Shown here: piece after piece, positions 27,901-41,294 of the stretch
Position numbering within the stretch: position 1 is the first letter of the stretch
Layout: each line of letters opens with the position of its first letter
From: Paraphysomonas bandaiensis
Taxonomy: Eukaryota > Protista > Chrysophyceae
Direction: 5' to 3'
DNA length: 64,000 bases
Assembly (NCBI GenBank): GCA_965644295.1
Contig: CBFFRP010000200.1
Coordinates: forward strand, 1-64,000
Notes under the pieces: generated by a model
Databases searched by the model: none
What the model was told of the DNA's origin: nothing
What the model saw: the letters and a program-made list of their open reading frames with translations, nothing else
Translations under genes and position numbers: made by a program

Positions 27901-28479
27901 CAAATGTCTTCTGGGTTAGTGGCTTCTTCTTCACTCAAGCATTCATCACAGGAACCCTCCAAAATTATGCTAGAAAGTATTCAAAACCAATTGACACGGT
28001 AACATTTTAGATCATTTTTGTGAGACTTATCTAAATCGTTTTGATAGGTGGATTTCGATTTCAGAGTGTTGACTCCCACAGAGGTGGCAATGGCAGATAA
28101 TCAAAAACCTGAAGATGGCGCTTATCTCCGAGGATTATTTTTGGAAGGAGCTCGATGGGATGCGAAAGGACATGTCATTGCTGAATCCAACCCAAGAGAG
28201 CTTTTCATTCAAATGCCATACATACATCTTTCACCTGGCATGAAAAATGAAATTCCAGTTGTTGAAGGCGTTCCGGAGCAATACACGGGTTCTATTAATG
28301 GGACTGCGCACGTGTACATGTGTCCAATATATAAAACCTCTTTAAGACAGGGAACATTATCAACGACAGGCCATTCAACTAACTTTGTGATGTTTGTTCG
28401 CATACCAATGGCTGCAGAACATAAGCAAAAGCACTGGATTAAGCGTGGTGTGGCCATGTTGACTCAGTTAGATACTTAA
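15919..28479 (+). CDS. DNAH1: Axonemal inner-arm dynein heavy chain, DNAH1-like
   Basis: P-loops GPAGTGKT, GQTCSGKT, GDTGTGKS and GVGGSGRKS; CFDEFNRI; stalk/MTBD; C-terminal HWIKRGVA. The N-terminal LPLEMFD..PEEW resembles DNAH1. Introns at 18148-18191 and 27999-28047. Confidence 0.92.
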
Positions 28480-30074
28480 GCTTTAGATATATGAATGTCT
28501 TGATATTTGCACTGATATTGTGCATTGTTGTGTTAGTAGCTGATATGATGTAATAATGATTATAACATTAAACTGAAACAACTTCACTATGTGAACGACA
28601 AAGGCGATGTTGAGCGTGCTCATATGTAATCAATTTAAGTATGTTGCTTTTAAGACTATTGAATTATAACCGTCGAATAAAAAACACTGTAGTTAAATGC
28701 ATTTTTATATGAACTTATTTCCGTTTTGTTTCAAAAGTTCTTTTTCAAAACCTGAATTGGGTTCAACAGAACACTCATATTAGGACCGAGTAAATATTCA
28801 GTTTGAACAGAAATCCACTTCCATCTAAACTCTGATATTGACAGTCATTTGATGTGACTTCAGTATATCACACAATTCTATTGAAACCACCACGATGAGC
28901 CAACATTCAAAAGCAGTTCATCGAACACTTCAAGTTATCGGAATCTTTCATCTGCTGTAAAAGATCAGAATGCTGACATTGCAAGCGATCTATTTTCATA
29001 TCAAGATGTTTGGAGCAATACTTCAATAATAATACTACTGGAAAGTTCAAAATGCCACATCTGATGCTGAGGGCGATTTCGGAGCAATGGTATTCAGCCC
29101 TCTCAGAATTGTGCTTTTCAGGATTGTGTGTGTCATATTACATACAGCATTCGAGCCAGCTACACTAGCAAAGGTTAAGCGTATTGTATATAAACGTCAT
29201 AATGATGCCAATGACAACAGTTGCCATTTCCTTACTATCCTACTGTGGTAGGGGTATAATCTAGTCCATATGTAGCTATGGAGCTGTACTTGACACTTCA
29301 GTTAAGAGTTAATCTAGTTCATATGTCATTCCCTATGTAGCCATCATTGATTTGAAGCAATAATTTGTTTTCCAAATGTTAACCATTGAACACCTATTTA
29401 CTATCACAGCAAGCAAGCTACATAAACCTATACCCTATACATTTTAGTTATTTGGATTTCAACATTATGAGAATGTGCTACAATTTAAACTCGGGATAGG
29501 GAACTTTATCTAATTTTAGAACCCTTGTTTCAAAATTTTGAGCGCGGGGCGATATAGCCTTCTTTTATTACCCGTGGTTAAATATAAATGCTATGAATTA
29601 CTATGTGTACCTAAACTTGTTTTAGTTGTAGCAGGGACAGCATCAGTAAGTGGATGTCAATGATTTAACAGTTTTTATTTGATATGTAGGTATGAAATAT
29701 TGTAGTTAAATATAGTATTATGTACTTTTCAGATATATTCATTTTAGTTTTATTGATCACCCGAAACTGATTGAACTTGGAAAGTTACTCTAATCAGAAA
29801 TACCACCCGCGACCATATCCGTGTTTGACATTAGGATGGTTAATCGTTGAACCCACACAATAATCTATTAGCAAAAATTATAATCAATACCACTTATCAG
29901 TCATAGTCACTCACTTGGCTTATATCATCTCAACTACCAATCATATTATAAGACCTTCTATAGTCACGATTTTGTACAGTAAACATATACTTCAACATAT
30001 CTAAACTATATCATAGCCTATCATTATATTTCATATTACATAGTACTGTCTCTGACTACTGTCTCTGTCTTCGC

Positions 30075-30462
30075 CCTGAATAAAGTTGGACTCTCACCTT
30101 TTCGTGGTGTTCAGGGGGATAAGTACCGAGGAGTTTGTCTCTGGGAAGCAAACGTGAGACGTATTTGTCGACAGCAGATAATGTTCTGCCCACTCATAGC
30201 CAAGTGCTTCTGTGGTGCAACAAGGGACACAAACAAGTATCACTTGTGCAGTTTTTTTGACCTTTACCAATAAACAGACATCGGGGAATGGATCCATCTC
30301 AAGGATAGCCGGGGTATGGGGCTGCCTGCTGGAGTGAAGCATATAAGTTCACCTCAAGGACCAAAAAATCCCGAAGTCAGCAGATGTCAGGTACATCAAC
30401 TTCCTGCTTTGAGTGATTGATACTGAGAATGACTGCGGCTTGATGCTTGTAATGTCGCACAA
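30075..30462 (+). repeat. Module B plus a degenerate A' end
   Basis: CCTTTTCGTGGTGTTC..TCTGCCCACTCATAGCC..AATAAACAG..AGATGTCAGGTA.ATCAAC is shared with 5346-5644, 33667-34050, 49575-49920 (-) and 50512-50725. Confidence 0.8.
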
Positions 30463-31161
30463 TAGAAGATTCACATAACAAAACTGTGATGTGTTTGTCG
30501 CTTCGGATAGGAGCGAACTCACTTCAGTGGAGTCACTTCGCTATCTAGCACCCGTGTTACAGGCTGTGGAAAGAGCATCTCATCTCACAGAAATGTCAAT
30601 ACAGTACAGTCCTCTTTATCTATTCAGACTACTCGTATTGTTTCACTAGTTCGATGGATATGTTTCCATTGTCCCTTTTACATTGAAAACAGGTCCACTT
30701 ATCGACATTCATCAGCATTATATCAGTACAGTGATTACAGTGATAGTGATCATATCCACACTGTGTATACATATATACCATATGAACTCACTCATATGCT
30801 ACTGGCTGATGACGTGATGGTAGAAGATACGCCGCTGGAGTGTCCCTTCACTTCACTTCACTTCACTTCAAGCAGTGAGTCACGCACATATAGACATACT
30901 ACGTACAGAGCACATGATACAATGATACAATCAATATACAGTGATATACAATGCTGTATATACGTAACCATATTCGGGAGAATACAGCCATTGAGAGTTG
31001 GCTACTGCTGTATACACACACTGTACGGTGTACATATACACATATATATATATGCAGGTATATTAAAGAACACAGAGTCGTGTGGTGGTAGTAAACCAAT
31101 GATGCGGTATATCTCGTAATCGTGCCTTATCTTATTTGGTGTTTAGAAGTATCTGGTAACA

Positions 31162-33069
31162 ATGTTTAATTTCATATTTGACGGTAAAATCGGCGACATG
31201 CTCGCCCCTATCCAGAGCAGAGTCCAGCAATTCCATCTTGCAATTCAGCATCATCGCAACCACGAGGTTTGAGTTACTATTGTATAATATTTCTGGCTCA
31301 TGAGGTATTCAGGTTGATTCAATGATGGCTAGTGGTGGTATTGAGCTTGGAAATGTGACAAGTAGTGGCTATGCGGATGTTCATGTTGCTTCTAGGTACA
31401 ACAACCGATACGCCCTAGAAGTTCTACTAAGCAGAGGTGCGTGAATTATGTAGTATAGTGTTATATATCTCATCTTTGTTTAGGAATATCTATCAATCAT
31501 CGCGACAGGGATGGAAATACCCCTCTGCATTATGCGGCTAAGAATGGTCACATTGACATATGCAAATTTCTGGTTGAACGGAAAGCATCCACATCGATAC
31601 GGAACTCACAGGGTCAATCTGCATATGATGTGGCACAGAGTCATATCGTAAGACAGTTTCTTCTTCCATTGCAGCTGTCAAGTGAGCGTGAGGATCCCCA
31701 AGTACATCCACCTCCCCCGGGCGCCACTTTTGGCTCTTCGTACTTCGGAGGCCATCAAAATACACAAAATACGATGCCCATGTACGCACCACCTGGTGGC
31801 ACGAACAACTCCCACACTTCTAGTACATCTCTTGGTGGTGTCGTCTCACCACATCAACAGCAACCGCCTTTAGCACATCGGACACCCTTGCCGTCAGCAC
31901 ATCAGCAGCCCCCTCCTCCAGCGAATCATCAGCCCCCTCCCGCAGCACACCAGCCACCCCCTCCTCAAGCGAATCATCAGCCCCCTCCCGCAGCACATCA
32001 GCAGCCCCCTCCTCCAGCGAATCAGCAGCCCCCTCCCGCAGCACACCAGCCACCCCCTCCTCCAGCGAATCAGCAGCCCCCTCCCGCAGCACATCAGCAG
32101 CCCCCTTCTCCAGTGCATCAACAGCCCCCATCCGGAGGACATCATAAACCCTTGCCCTCAGCACATCAGCAGCTCCCTTCCCCAGTGCATCAACAGCCCC
32201 CATCCGGAGGACATCATAAACCCTTGCCCTCAGCTCATCAGCAACCCACCCCTCCAGCGAATCACAAGCCTCCGCCCCCAGCATATCATAAAGCCTTGCC
32301 CTCAACACATCAGCAGCCCCCAACCCCCCCATATGCCACGTCCACTCCCTCCTCGGCTCCACCCTCGTACCAACCTCCGCGAGAGGCACATAACCCCCCC
32401 ATTTCTGGGACGACCAGTCACTCAGTCAATAAGCCTGCGCCCCGATCATTTGAAGGCTTTACTTCATTGAATTCTCCTCATGTCGCTACGTCCATCATGC
32501 ACCCCTCATATTCTGGTAGTGATTTATCCGCGCTTTCCCAGTCGCTGGATTCATCTGCTCCTGTCCAAGCTACTGTAGCCCACTCCAGCTCTAACTCTAG
32601 GCGAATCATCCAGCCGGATGGGTTTGGGTCATCTGCATCTGACCCAGTGTTACAGAAAAAGTATGGTCACACGAAGACAGTCACTAATATAGCTCCCCCA
32701 CCTGTGTTTAGCGGTTCCAGTGGCACCAGTGCCCCACCTGCCGCTGTATCATACAGTATGTACGGGACAACGTCAGGCAACCAACCTGCTCATCCGTATT
32801 CTCGATATGTGCCATATGGTCCTAATTCGAACTCATCCGCTTCCACTGCTCAAGTACCTTCACCCGCCACCCCACCTCTTCCGTATAGTCACAGTCACTC
32901 GCACCCCCCTCCTCCAGGTAGACCCCATCCACCATCACAAGAGCAGGGTGAAGTTAATGTCGATTCTCCACATGTTAGAGTGCCCGCCACAACTGGCAAT
33001 GTGTCTATGTTTAACCCAGTCACGGATAAAGTGGTGTCAGCAACATCTTCTTCAAGCGCGATTCTTTGA
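31162..33069 (+). CDS. Ankyrin-repeat protein with a long Pro/Gln/His-rich tail
   Basis: Splicing introns 31267-31312 and 31437-31483 gives GYADVHVAS..DRDGNTPLHYAAKNGHIDICKFLVERKA (ankyrin repeats), in frame with ORF 31630-33069. An alternative start is at 31198. Confidence 0.8.
31898..32330 (+). repeat. Coding minisatellite (27/30-bp units encoding [H/N][Q/H]QPPPPA)
   Basis: Tandem CAGCAGCCCCCTCC.. units, with higher-order repeats of about 57 bp and 90 bp. Confidence 0.85.
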
Positions 33070-33666
33070 GAGATACTTTCCGGCTGTCATATATTATTCT
33101 TGTTGTCATTGAGTATATATACGTTACAAACCAGAGCAGACGCAAATGTGTTTATAGCTGTAGCACTGACGTAGAATCCACCGTAATAATGTATCCGTAA
33201 ATATATTGTTTATTCAAGTTTTTTCTCTATCTGGGGCCTGTGCTGAGAAGAAAGCGTGACTGTTACTTGGTAACTTGGTAACAATGAAGGCAGTGCTATT
33301 GTACACACCAAACTTCCTGAATTATTAATAAAGAGGAGAAAACGGAAGCAAGCTTCTTACCACCCACCCTCCTCGCATTTTTACACTTTTCCTTTCATAC
33401 GTACAATTGCGTTCCATCTATCTTTTTCTGAATTATGCATTATAAGAAGTGTTTTTTACATTACGTCGAATACTACTTCAACTCTTATTACACCTTGAGG
33501 GTGCTTATATCCGGTATCCGGTTTAGACACAGTATACTATTATGTGATACCTTTTTTCTCAAGACTATTTTAATTACGCTTCTTCATTAAGTCTCTGTGC
33601 ATTTAATTGTATACATTCTAACTCCCATTAGCAAGAAAGCCCCACCCATTAAGTATGGACATTATT

Positions 33667-34214
33667 CCCTCAACAACGTCCGACTCGCGCCTTTTCGTGG
33701 CTTTCTGGGGAATAAGTACCGGAGACATTTCTCCAGGAAACTAACTTGAGCCGCATATATAGTCAGCAGATAGCTATTGTTCTGCCCACTCATAGCCAAT
33801 AGTACAAGGAAAACTAATTACTATTAGTTAGTTCCAGTTGTGTAGACGTCTTTGGGCCTTGACTAATAAACAGGACACCGGGGTATTGGGCTGCCAGCTG
33901 AATTTAAGCATCCGGGAATGAGCCCACCTTAAGTACATCCGGAGTATTGGGCTGCCTGTTGAAGTCAAGTATCCGGGCTGTTCACCTTAAGGTCCGCAGA
34001 TGTCAGGTATATCAACATTCTGCTTGCTCACTGCGTTTTCTTTGAGAGATAGAACAAAAGCGGTTGCACCTTGGTGCTAGCGGCGACGCACAAGCAGCTT
34101 TCGTAGCGGAAAATAATAGGATATCAGAGTTAAGCACAAGCTAGTTAAATTGTTTTGCTGCATCAGTTCTGACTCTTAAACACCTTGTTCTAATAGCTAA
34201 TAATAAGGCATTCA
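33667..34214 (+). repeat. Module B + A' (right end of the TIR family)
   Basis: B is followed by GGTTGCACCTTGGTGCTAGCGGCGACGCACAAGCAGC..GGATATCAGAGTT..ATAAGGCATTCA. Confidence 0.85.
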
Positions 34215-34542
34215 CGACTATGAAGATTGTTTGTGATTTGTGTTTAACATAGCGATTAAATTATGTATCATCTCATTCATGAAGGAGAGCTTAACGTAGA
34301 CTTTTTGGAATGACTCTCAATGTCTCAGTGTGGTGAGGATGTATTTTTGATGTACTTTTTCAGTCACCCTCTGATTGGACTGTTTGCATTCATCAAGAAT
34401 GTCGGATGCTTTCCTCAACTTAGACTCTATAACAAATAAATCCTACAACGGCCAAAGAGTAACGAAACTACAGTGTGATAAAAGCAACATCAATCTATAA
34501 TTTCCTAACGTGTTGGAGATTCAGAGTGATGAAGTGCTTATC

Positions 34543-35348
34543 TTACACGAACATGTTCTCAGTTCGAGATAAAAAAGTATCTGCCCTGACCATATCCTTG
34601 TGAATATTACTCTCCGAAAAAATTAAAGAGTCTATGTCGAGAAAATTACATATCTGAGGACAAAGCATCTCCAAAGCTTTAGCCGCATCACGGCAGTAAG
34701 AGGCACCACGAATCGTGACACAGGCAATGCCAGGCAAACCATTGGCAGTGCAGTGACATAATGTAGCTGCAGCACACCCGTCTATAACATTACCAACTTC
34801 TAACAAGTCTATACTCGAAAACAATTGACGAGTGAGCCCAGTCACATTATCTGTTAATAAAACTCGCAATTTCTTAGCCGTCCCTGAGGAATGGAACCTA
34901 AAGCGAAAGCCACTTAGAAATAAACATACACATCAAAGACATACCTTGACATTTGAAGGCCATCAACTACAAAAAAGGATTGAACACCCTTCGAAACGAT
35001 GATATCCAGCCATTCATACACCAAAGCCGCTGGAATATCAGAAACATTACGAAGAATTAAACATCCAGAGTTCGGGTTAACATATATTTCACTGAGAATT
35101 CGCTGTCGCTGACTACCAGAACAACAGAGCTCAATATTTCCATAGCGTTGAAAATTTCCAGATGTTGTGACAGCAGTCCATACATTGAATGCAATATTAT
35201 TCAAAACTAATAATGCCTTTTGAAAAGAGGCCGTTGCATCTGCGCCCTCGACAAGGTTCAGAGTTATGGTCGCATCGGGAAAAGTACTATCATTTGTCCA
35301 TGTATTACGGCCACTGCTGAAATGAATATTCTCGTTAAATGAAGCCAT
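34543..35348 (-). CDS. PSMG1: Proteasome assembly chaperone 1 (PAC1)-like
   Basis: LEVGNVIDGCAAATLCHC..GLPG resembles PSMG1 LEQPNIVHDLPAAVLSYC..IP. The C-terminal NMFV sits at the HbYX position. One intron, 34898-34944. Confidence 0.6.
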
Positions 35349-35670
35349 GTTGGTAGATTGAATGCAGTCTAGTTAACTCTGAGGCTGTTCAACAGCAGCA
35401 CACAGTGTGCTTCTACATCATCATCTCTTGCTTTGCAATCCTGTATTTTTGGTAATACAGTGTATACCATATATATCTTGTACAAAATCGACTCCTCACT
35501 TCGACTCACTTCGACGCACTTCAAAGAAGATCGTTCGCTCTATACATGCATATGCAGGACTGGAAGTAGGAGTCATTCGTATGCTAACAATGAAATACAT
35601 GAGAAGAACAGCATTTTACTGCTGGGAATTAGTAGTCAGTGAGTGTGATAGTTAGTGAGAGTGACATACA

Positions 35671-36201
35671 ATGCGTTCAGGGGTCCGAAAGAGGAAAGAC
35701 CTTCCACGTGGAGCGGTGAGTGGGAATGCTGAGCTGAAGAGACAGAAACCGAGCGCAAAGTCCGATGATATTGTCGTCGCAACTGCAGCAAGAGTAGATA
35801 CTTTATTTTGTGGAGCTGTTTCACGCATAGAATCCACAAGAAGTGGAATAGCAAATGAGAATCAAGTGAGTGGAGATGGAGGAGTGTCTGTTGACTATGA
35901 TAGATCATATATTTTGTATAGCGCCATATTGCCGAAAAGGAAACTTCACTAAAGCATAATATGAGAGCAAAACTGGTATTCAGCAACATGTTGGTTTAAA
36001 ATGACAGGATTTCTATAGAATGAATTCACTTCTTGTGTGGAACTAACGCAATATGAGAAAAGACTTCGAGACCTGCTGAAGGAATGTGAAACTCAAAAGA
36101 AAGAAATCAAGCACCGATCTAACGACGTATCTAAGCTTGAACACATCGTCAAGAAATCAGGGAAGTCATTTGCTTCGGAGTGTAATGAGCAGATTTGTTG
36201 A
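35671..36201 (+). CDS. Small hypothetical coiled-coil protein with a basic N-terminus
   Basis: Exons join through short GT-AG introns (~35866-35921, ~35975-36018) to give ..YEKRLRDLLKECETQKKEIK.. It is divergent from PSMG1. Confidence 0.5.
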
Positions 36202-37509
36202 ACTATATGCTACAACGTTCTACTTTGTCAGCATTTGACATATTATTTTGACACAGTGTTTCATTATTACGCATTAGAGTATCGTTAATCTATGCACAAC
36301 CTCGTCATTTCAAATAAAAGCAGTCCTATTTCCGTATTGTTTAAATTGTAACATAAAACACTTCACATGGTTTATACTATCTTTCGAAATGTATACCCAC
36401 TAATAAATCAAAAGTCAACTCCAAATTAATGGCCAGTAAATCTTTGTACCTCTAATGATAGTCTGTGTCGGTATATCATCTCCAGGCAGCGCTATGGCAT
36501 ATTCTATAGTCACTTGCATTAGCTCACATACACAGTACAAGGTATGTACAGCGTGGTCGACAGAATGATCGTAACGGTCCTTAAGTACTATAAGCATAAA
36601 TATTTTCAGATTAATTACATTACTACGTTCGAAAAGTAATACAGCTGCTTTACTTCATATATTAATGCTTTATGGTCCCAGTCATAGTTACATGTCCACG
36701 GTCCACGCCATGGACATATAGCCGCAGTTCACTTTCGCTTATTTTCATAATACATTCCACCCCACAGAGAATGATTTACTTATGAAATAAATTACTATAC
36801 ACTTCCATGAGTAATTCAATCCCCTTCCTAACATACATAACGTGTACTTTGACAGTCTAACGGACAAGTAGAAGCCAGAGCACTTGGAAGTTCTTGAATA
36901 TGCCGATTTTTTGCGAGAATGGGTACAAGTTCTGACTCAATAAATGATGATTACATCATGATTCTTTAAGACGCATATATGTTTTCAACAGTATGCCCAA
37001 TTCCACAACAAATGCGTGCGTGCTGAGTCCTGTGAAATGTCAACACAGTGGAATTAATCTGTGAACCCTCTCAGCACTAAATCAACCAATAAACATGGCA
37101 ATATCACAGAAGAGAAATAGAGCGATGTTCTCACCCTTACCTTGACAGTGCGTCTAGATAGCATTGACTGTCAACAGAGCACACACCTATGTGCATATCT
37201 CATAGCTATCACAATCTTTGGAATACCGTGTATTCGATGTCGTCAATTGGAATACAGCACTACATACAATATAGTGTAGTGTATACATACAGCAGTATAT
37301 ACAGGAGTACATGGTAGCGTACATGTACATAGTTGCCTACACATAAACTGCTGGAGAGAAATGGGAAGAAATTCACTTGAGGTCCCACTAGACCGTGTCT
37401 GATACAGGAAATCAGTCAAAGATGATGTGGTTCATTGACCGCAAGTATTCCTCGATCAGAGGAGAGGCATAGCTCGTGTATTCTAGTTCTGTGTGCTGAT
37501 AGTGTGGTG

Positions 37510-40500
37510 ATGACAATTGCGGTATGGAGAGTGGGGATTTTTATGGCAATCACTGCCATGGAAAGTGCACTAGCTGCGACCTCTTGGAGCCAAATGCAAG
37601 GACTCTATGATTTCTATAATGCTACTGGTGGTTCGAATTGGATTTGGAGAAATCAGCCATGGAACTTTTCTGCTTATCATGACCCCTGCACTGAACGGTG
37701 GGATGGAATCATGTGTAATGACACATTCGCTAATTGTAGAAATCATACTTGCGGAATTGAAAGATTAGTTCTACCTGGCTTTGGTCTGCTCTATTCATTA
37801 CCACCATCTCTCGAAATATTGACAGACTTACGTGTGTTGTCTCTTCCTAATAACTACTTAACTGGATCTATCCCTGATATATTTTTCGGCTTGCGAGACC
37901 TAGTTGTGCTTGCACTCAGTAACAACTCGTTGACATCGACTATCCCGGCAGACATTGCAAAATTGCAGCAATTAGCAGTTCTTGACCTTGGCACTAACCA
38001 CCTTTCTGGCACAATTCCTGCTGAATTCAACACCGCTGCTTTTGATCAGACCCTGTCATTGTTATATCTTGGGGAAAATCACCTTCACGGACCTATTCCG
38101 TCTGAGTTAGGTCGACTGATATTTCTGAGACAGCTGTACTTGACAGCAAACCTTCTTACAGGATCAGTCCCCGCATCGTTTGCGAGCTTGTCACGACTCA
38201 ACTATCTCGGGATGTCCACCAATAAACTCACAGGTAGCATATGGGCTGGCATAGACTGCTACTCTAGCCTCCAGCATTTATATTTGAATCGAAATAGCTT
38301 AGAAGGAAATATTCCATTGGAGATGGGCTCGCTGCAGTCTCTATTGTACTTAGAAATGAGCGGAAATTACCTTACGGGGACTATACCGTCTGTGCTTTCT
38401 CACCTGAGACAACTACAAGTGCTGGAGCTTGCCACCAACCATCTTACCGGCTCAATTCCTACTGAATTGGTGGCATTGACTAATGTTCACACCCTGCAAT
38501 TGCAGCAAAATAGTATATGGGGCACCATCCCACAGGACATTGGACAAATGGCGTCGATGAAGCTGCTGCTGCTGTACTCGAACCGTCTTCATGGTTAGTT
38601 ATACTTCGATGTTTATTATATGACTAAGTATATGATCAGGTACGATACCGCAGTCTATTGGCAACATGGTGGCTCTAGAGGAACTCAATATATATGAGAA
38701 CAGCCTTACCGGACTGATTCCGTCTACCCTTCTGGATATCAGTTGCCTGCGTACCCTGTTGGTGCAGAATAACAAGATATCGGGATTCGAGATGAATTTA
38801 GATTCCCCTCACGCTTCTATTTCTATGCCCTGTATGGAACACCTGGATATATCCGACAACATGTTCACAGGTTCCATTCCGGCTGCTCTTTTTACAGCCT
38901 TGCCATCCATACTTTCTGTCGCAGCTGTGAAAAACTGCTTCTCCGGAAAGATTCCGGAGAGTATCTGTCTTGCAGATAGCCTCCAGGTTTTACACTGTAA
39001 ATTATCTGTGACGTAATAATAATATACTTTAGGTTCTCGCCTTGGATGGCCTTGCTGCGGGTTCTAAGTGTCGCACATATCTCGTTGATCCTTTCAACCT
39101 TGTCGATGCCTACACCGTTCGGGCACTAGAAGGGAGCATCCCGTCATGCATGTGGGCACTTCCTAATTTAACTGTTTTCCACCTTAGCGGCAACGGATTA
39201 ACAGGAACCATCCCTGATATTCCAACAACTTCGAAACTGATAAACATCAGTGTCTCTCGCAATCGTTTAACGGGAACCGTTCCGCGTACCATGCGGAGAG
39301 TACCGTACGTAGAACTCAACTTAGGGTACAACAAGTTGAATGGCATATATGATGACGGTGGAATGGTACCAGCCCATGGCGTCCGTGCTATTTTTAATAT
39401 CGAGAACAATAGGTTCTCTGGATTTCCACCTCGACATGTCGAGAGTGTGGATAGCATTCGCGTGGTTAAGGGTAATCTCTTTGCCTGCTCCGCCAATCAC
39501 CCCATACCAGATAACGACCCAGAGAAAGAAGAATATGTGTGTGGGAGTGAACAGCTTGATCAGACGTTGATTTTATGGGCTGTTGTATTGTTCTTGGGCA
39601 CTACATGTGGACTAGTCGTATGGTTCATGATCAGACGAAAAGAAAATTATCCTTTGTGTAGTGACAATGAGTGTGGTGATAGCGAGCCCTTACTATCTGC
39701 TTTACACGAGAACTCACGCGGAGACTTGATCAATAGGATTCATCATTCAGTTGTTTCTGTGACATTGTGGTATGACGTTGGCGGGCTGCGACATGACAGC
39801 ATCAATGGGGAGGTAGCTCTGATACCCGACCTTGCTACGTTCATTTCTATTCTCAGAATGCTTAGGAAGACAAGTATATTGATAGCTTCAACTTCTGTCC
39901 TCGTTTTGCTTCCATTATATGTAGGACTGAAGCTGGGTGTTCCGTCCTGTACAACTTACACAAATCAGTATGGGTGGATGTTTACTGCGGCTTTCTTCAG
40001 TGGTGTAATGCCCTCCGTAGTCATGTTGCTGGCATTTACTGCTTTAGTATGTATGGTTTCATATTCATTCGTGATGCTGTACCCTGTTTCCATTGATCAC
40101 AGAATAACTGTGCACTTCAGAGAATCTCTGACCGTCCCGCGAAGATGCCGCACGATGCAGATGAGCCCACAGTGCATCAGAAGGAGCTCTCAGATCAGCA
40201 ATATCTATACCCGAATATTTGTGTATGCATCTGTTATACTTGTAAATATCATTATGTACACATGCGCGAACGCATTTTACGTGTACATTTTACTGTCTGA
40301 TTATGTTGGAGCTGTGAAAATGACAGCAAAGCTTGTGATGGCTATATTTACAGTAGTTTGGAATGTTTTTATAGTCCCGGGGTCAATTGAGGCATCTGTG
40401 GGCATGCTGAACGATATTTCAAGCCAGGTCAAGTGGATGACTGCCATGTTGCTTCTCTTTAATAACATCGTTGCACCGACCATAGCCACGGGACTTTCAG

Positions 40501-41294
40501 ATGACTCTTGTTACGATGACTTGTTTGTCCATAACGAAGAAATAGATGCCTTTTACTCTTATGAATACTGCGAGGTATATTCAGTGGATGTCATATCTGG
40601 GGAACGAGAGTGCTATCGGATGTCAACCTTGGGATTCTCTACATCATATTATCCGCCATTTCTCTATAATCATACTTGCGCGTCCGCAATCTTGGTTAAC
40701 TACATACCAATGTTTTTTATTACCTATGCCATCCTTACTGTGATTCCCCCTGTCGTCCTTGTGCTGCTATCCTATCCGTGCTGCTTAAATATGTTACCGG
40801 ATTTTATTAGAACGTCAATTCCATCTTTGTTTTGGCCACCCAACCATAAGTACAACAGATCCACACCTCTTCTGAAGCCAAACAGGATAATAACAAATCT
40901 AATGAGCCATTTTGCGGTGTTGCTGACATTTGGACTGGCGTGTCCGTTTCTGTCACTAGCAATTGCGTGCTCGATATGTTCTGTAACTGCACTGCACCAG
41001 ATTACAGTTGGGAGGTATTTGTGCTATTATACCGATTGCAAGACGAAGTTAGTTGCAGATGAGTGCACAGAACGTCTGGAAGGAGCATGCAGTGGTATTT
41101 TGGACAGCCTACCTTCATGTCTCTGGACTATACTTTGTGGAGCGGCACTACTTTTCAGCTATATTATATATGATTTTGTTGGAGACGAACTGGCATGGGA
41201 GAATTCTTTGTGGTTTTTAGTTGCCACACTATTGGTTCCTCTTCTGGGATGGATGTCCTTAAAACTGGCTCTGCGACACACATCCAGAAGTTAA
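37510..41294 (+). CDS. LRR receptor-like multi-pass membrane protein (signal peptide, plant-RLK-type LRRs, ~9-11 TM segments, no kinase)
   Basis: N-cap W..W..DPC..WDGIMC, more than 20 LxxLxLxxNxLxGxIP repeats, then many hydrophobic helices. Introns at ~38594-38639 and ~38987-39032. The exact 3' end is uncertain. Confidence 0.85.

Noticed and set aside
16336-27934. Many antisense and alternative-frame ORFs inside the dynein gene (likewise in the copia, LRR and Pro-rich genes)
   Set aside because: These are shadow ORFs expected from codon bias, with no independent protein signatures.
28800-29300. Coding-like composition in intergenic DNA (also 36700-37000 and 42150-42480)
   Set aside because: These may be old TE or pseudogene debris, but I could assign no motif.
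30505-30548. Imperfect hairpin ending in CTAG, like a Helitron 3' end
   Set aside because: It is a single occurrence with the wrong spacing and no identifiable 5' TC end.
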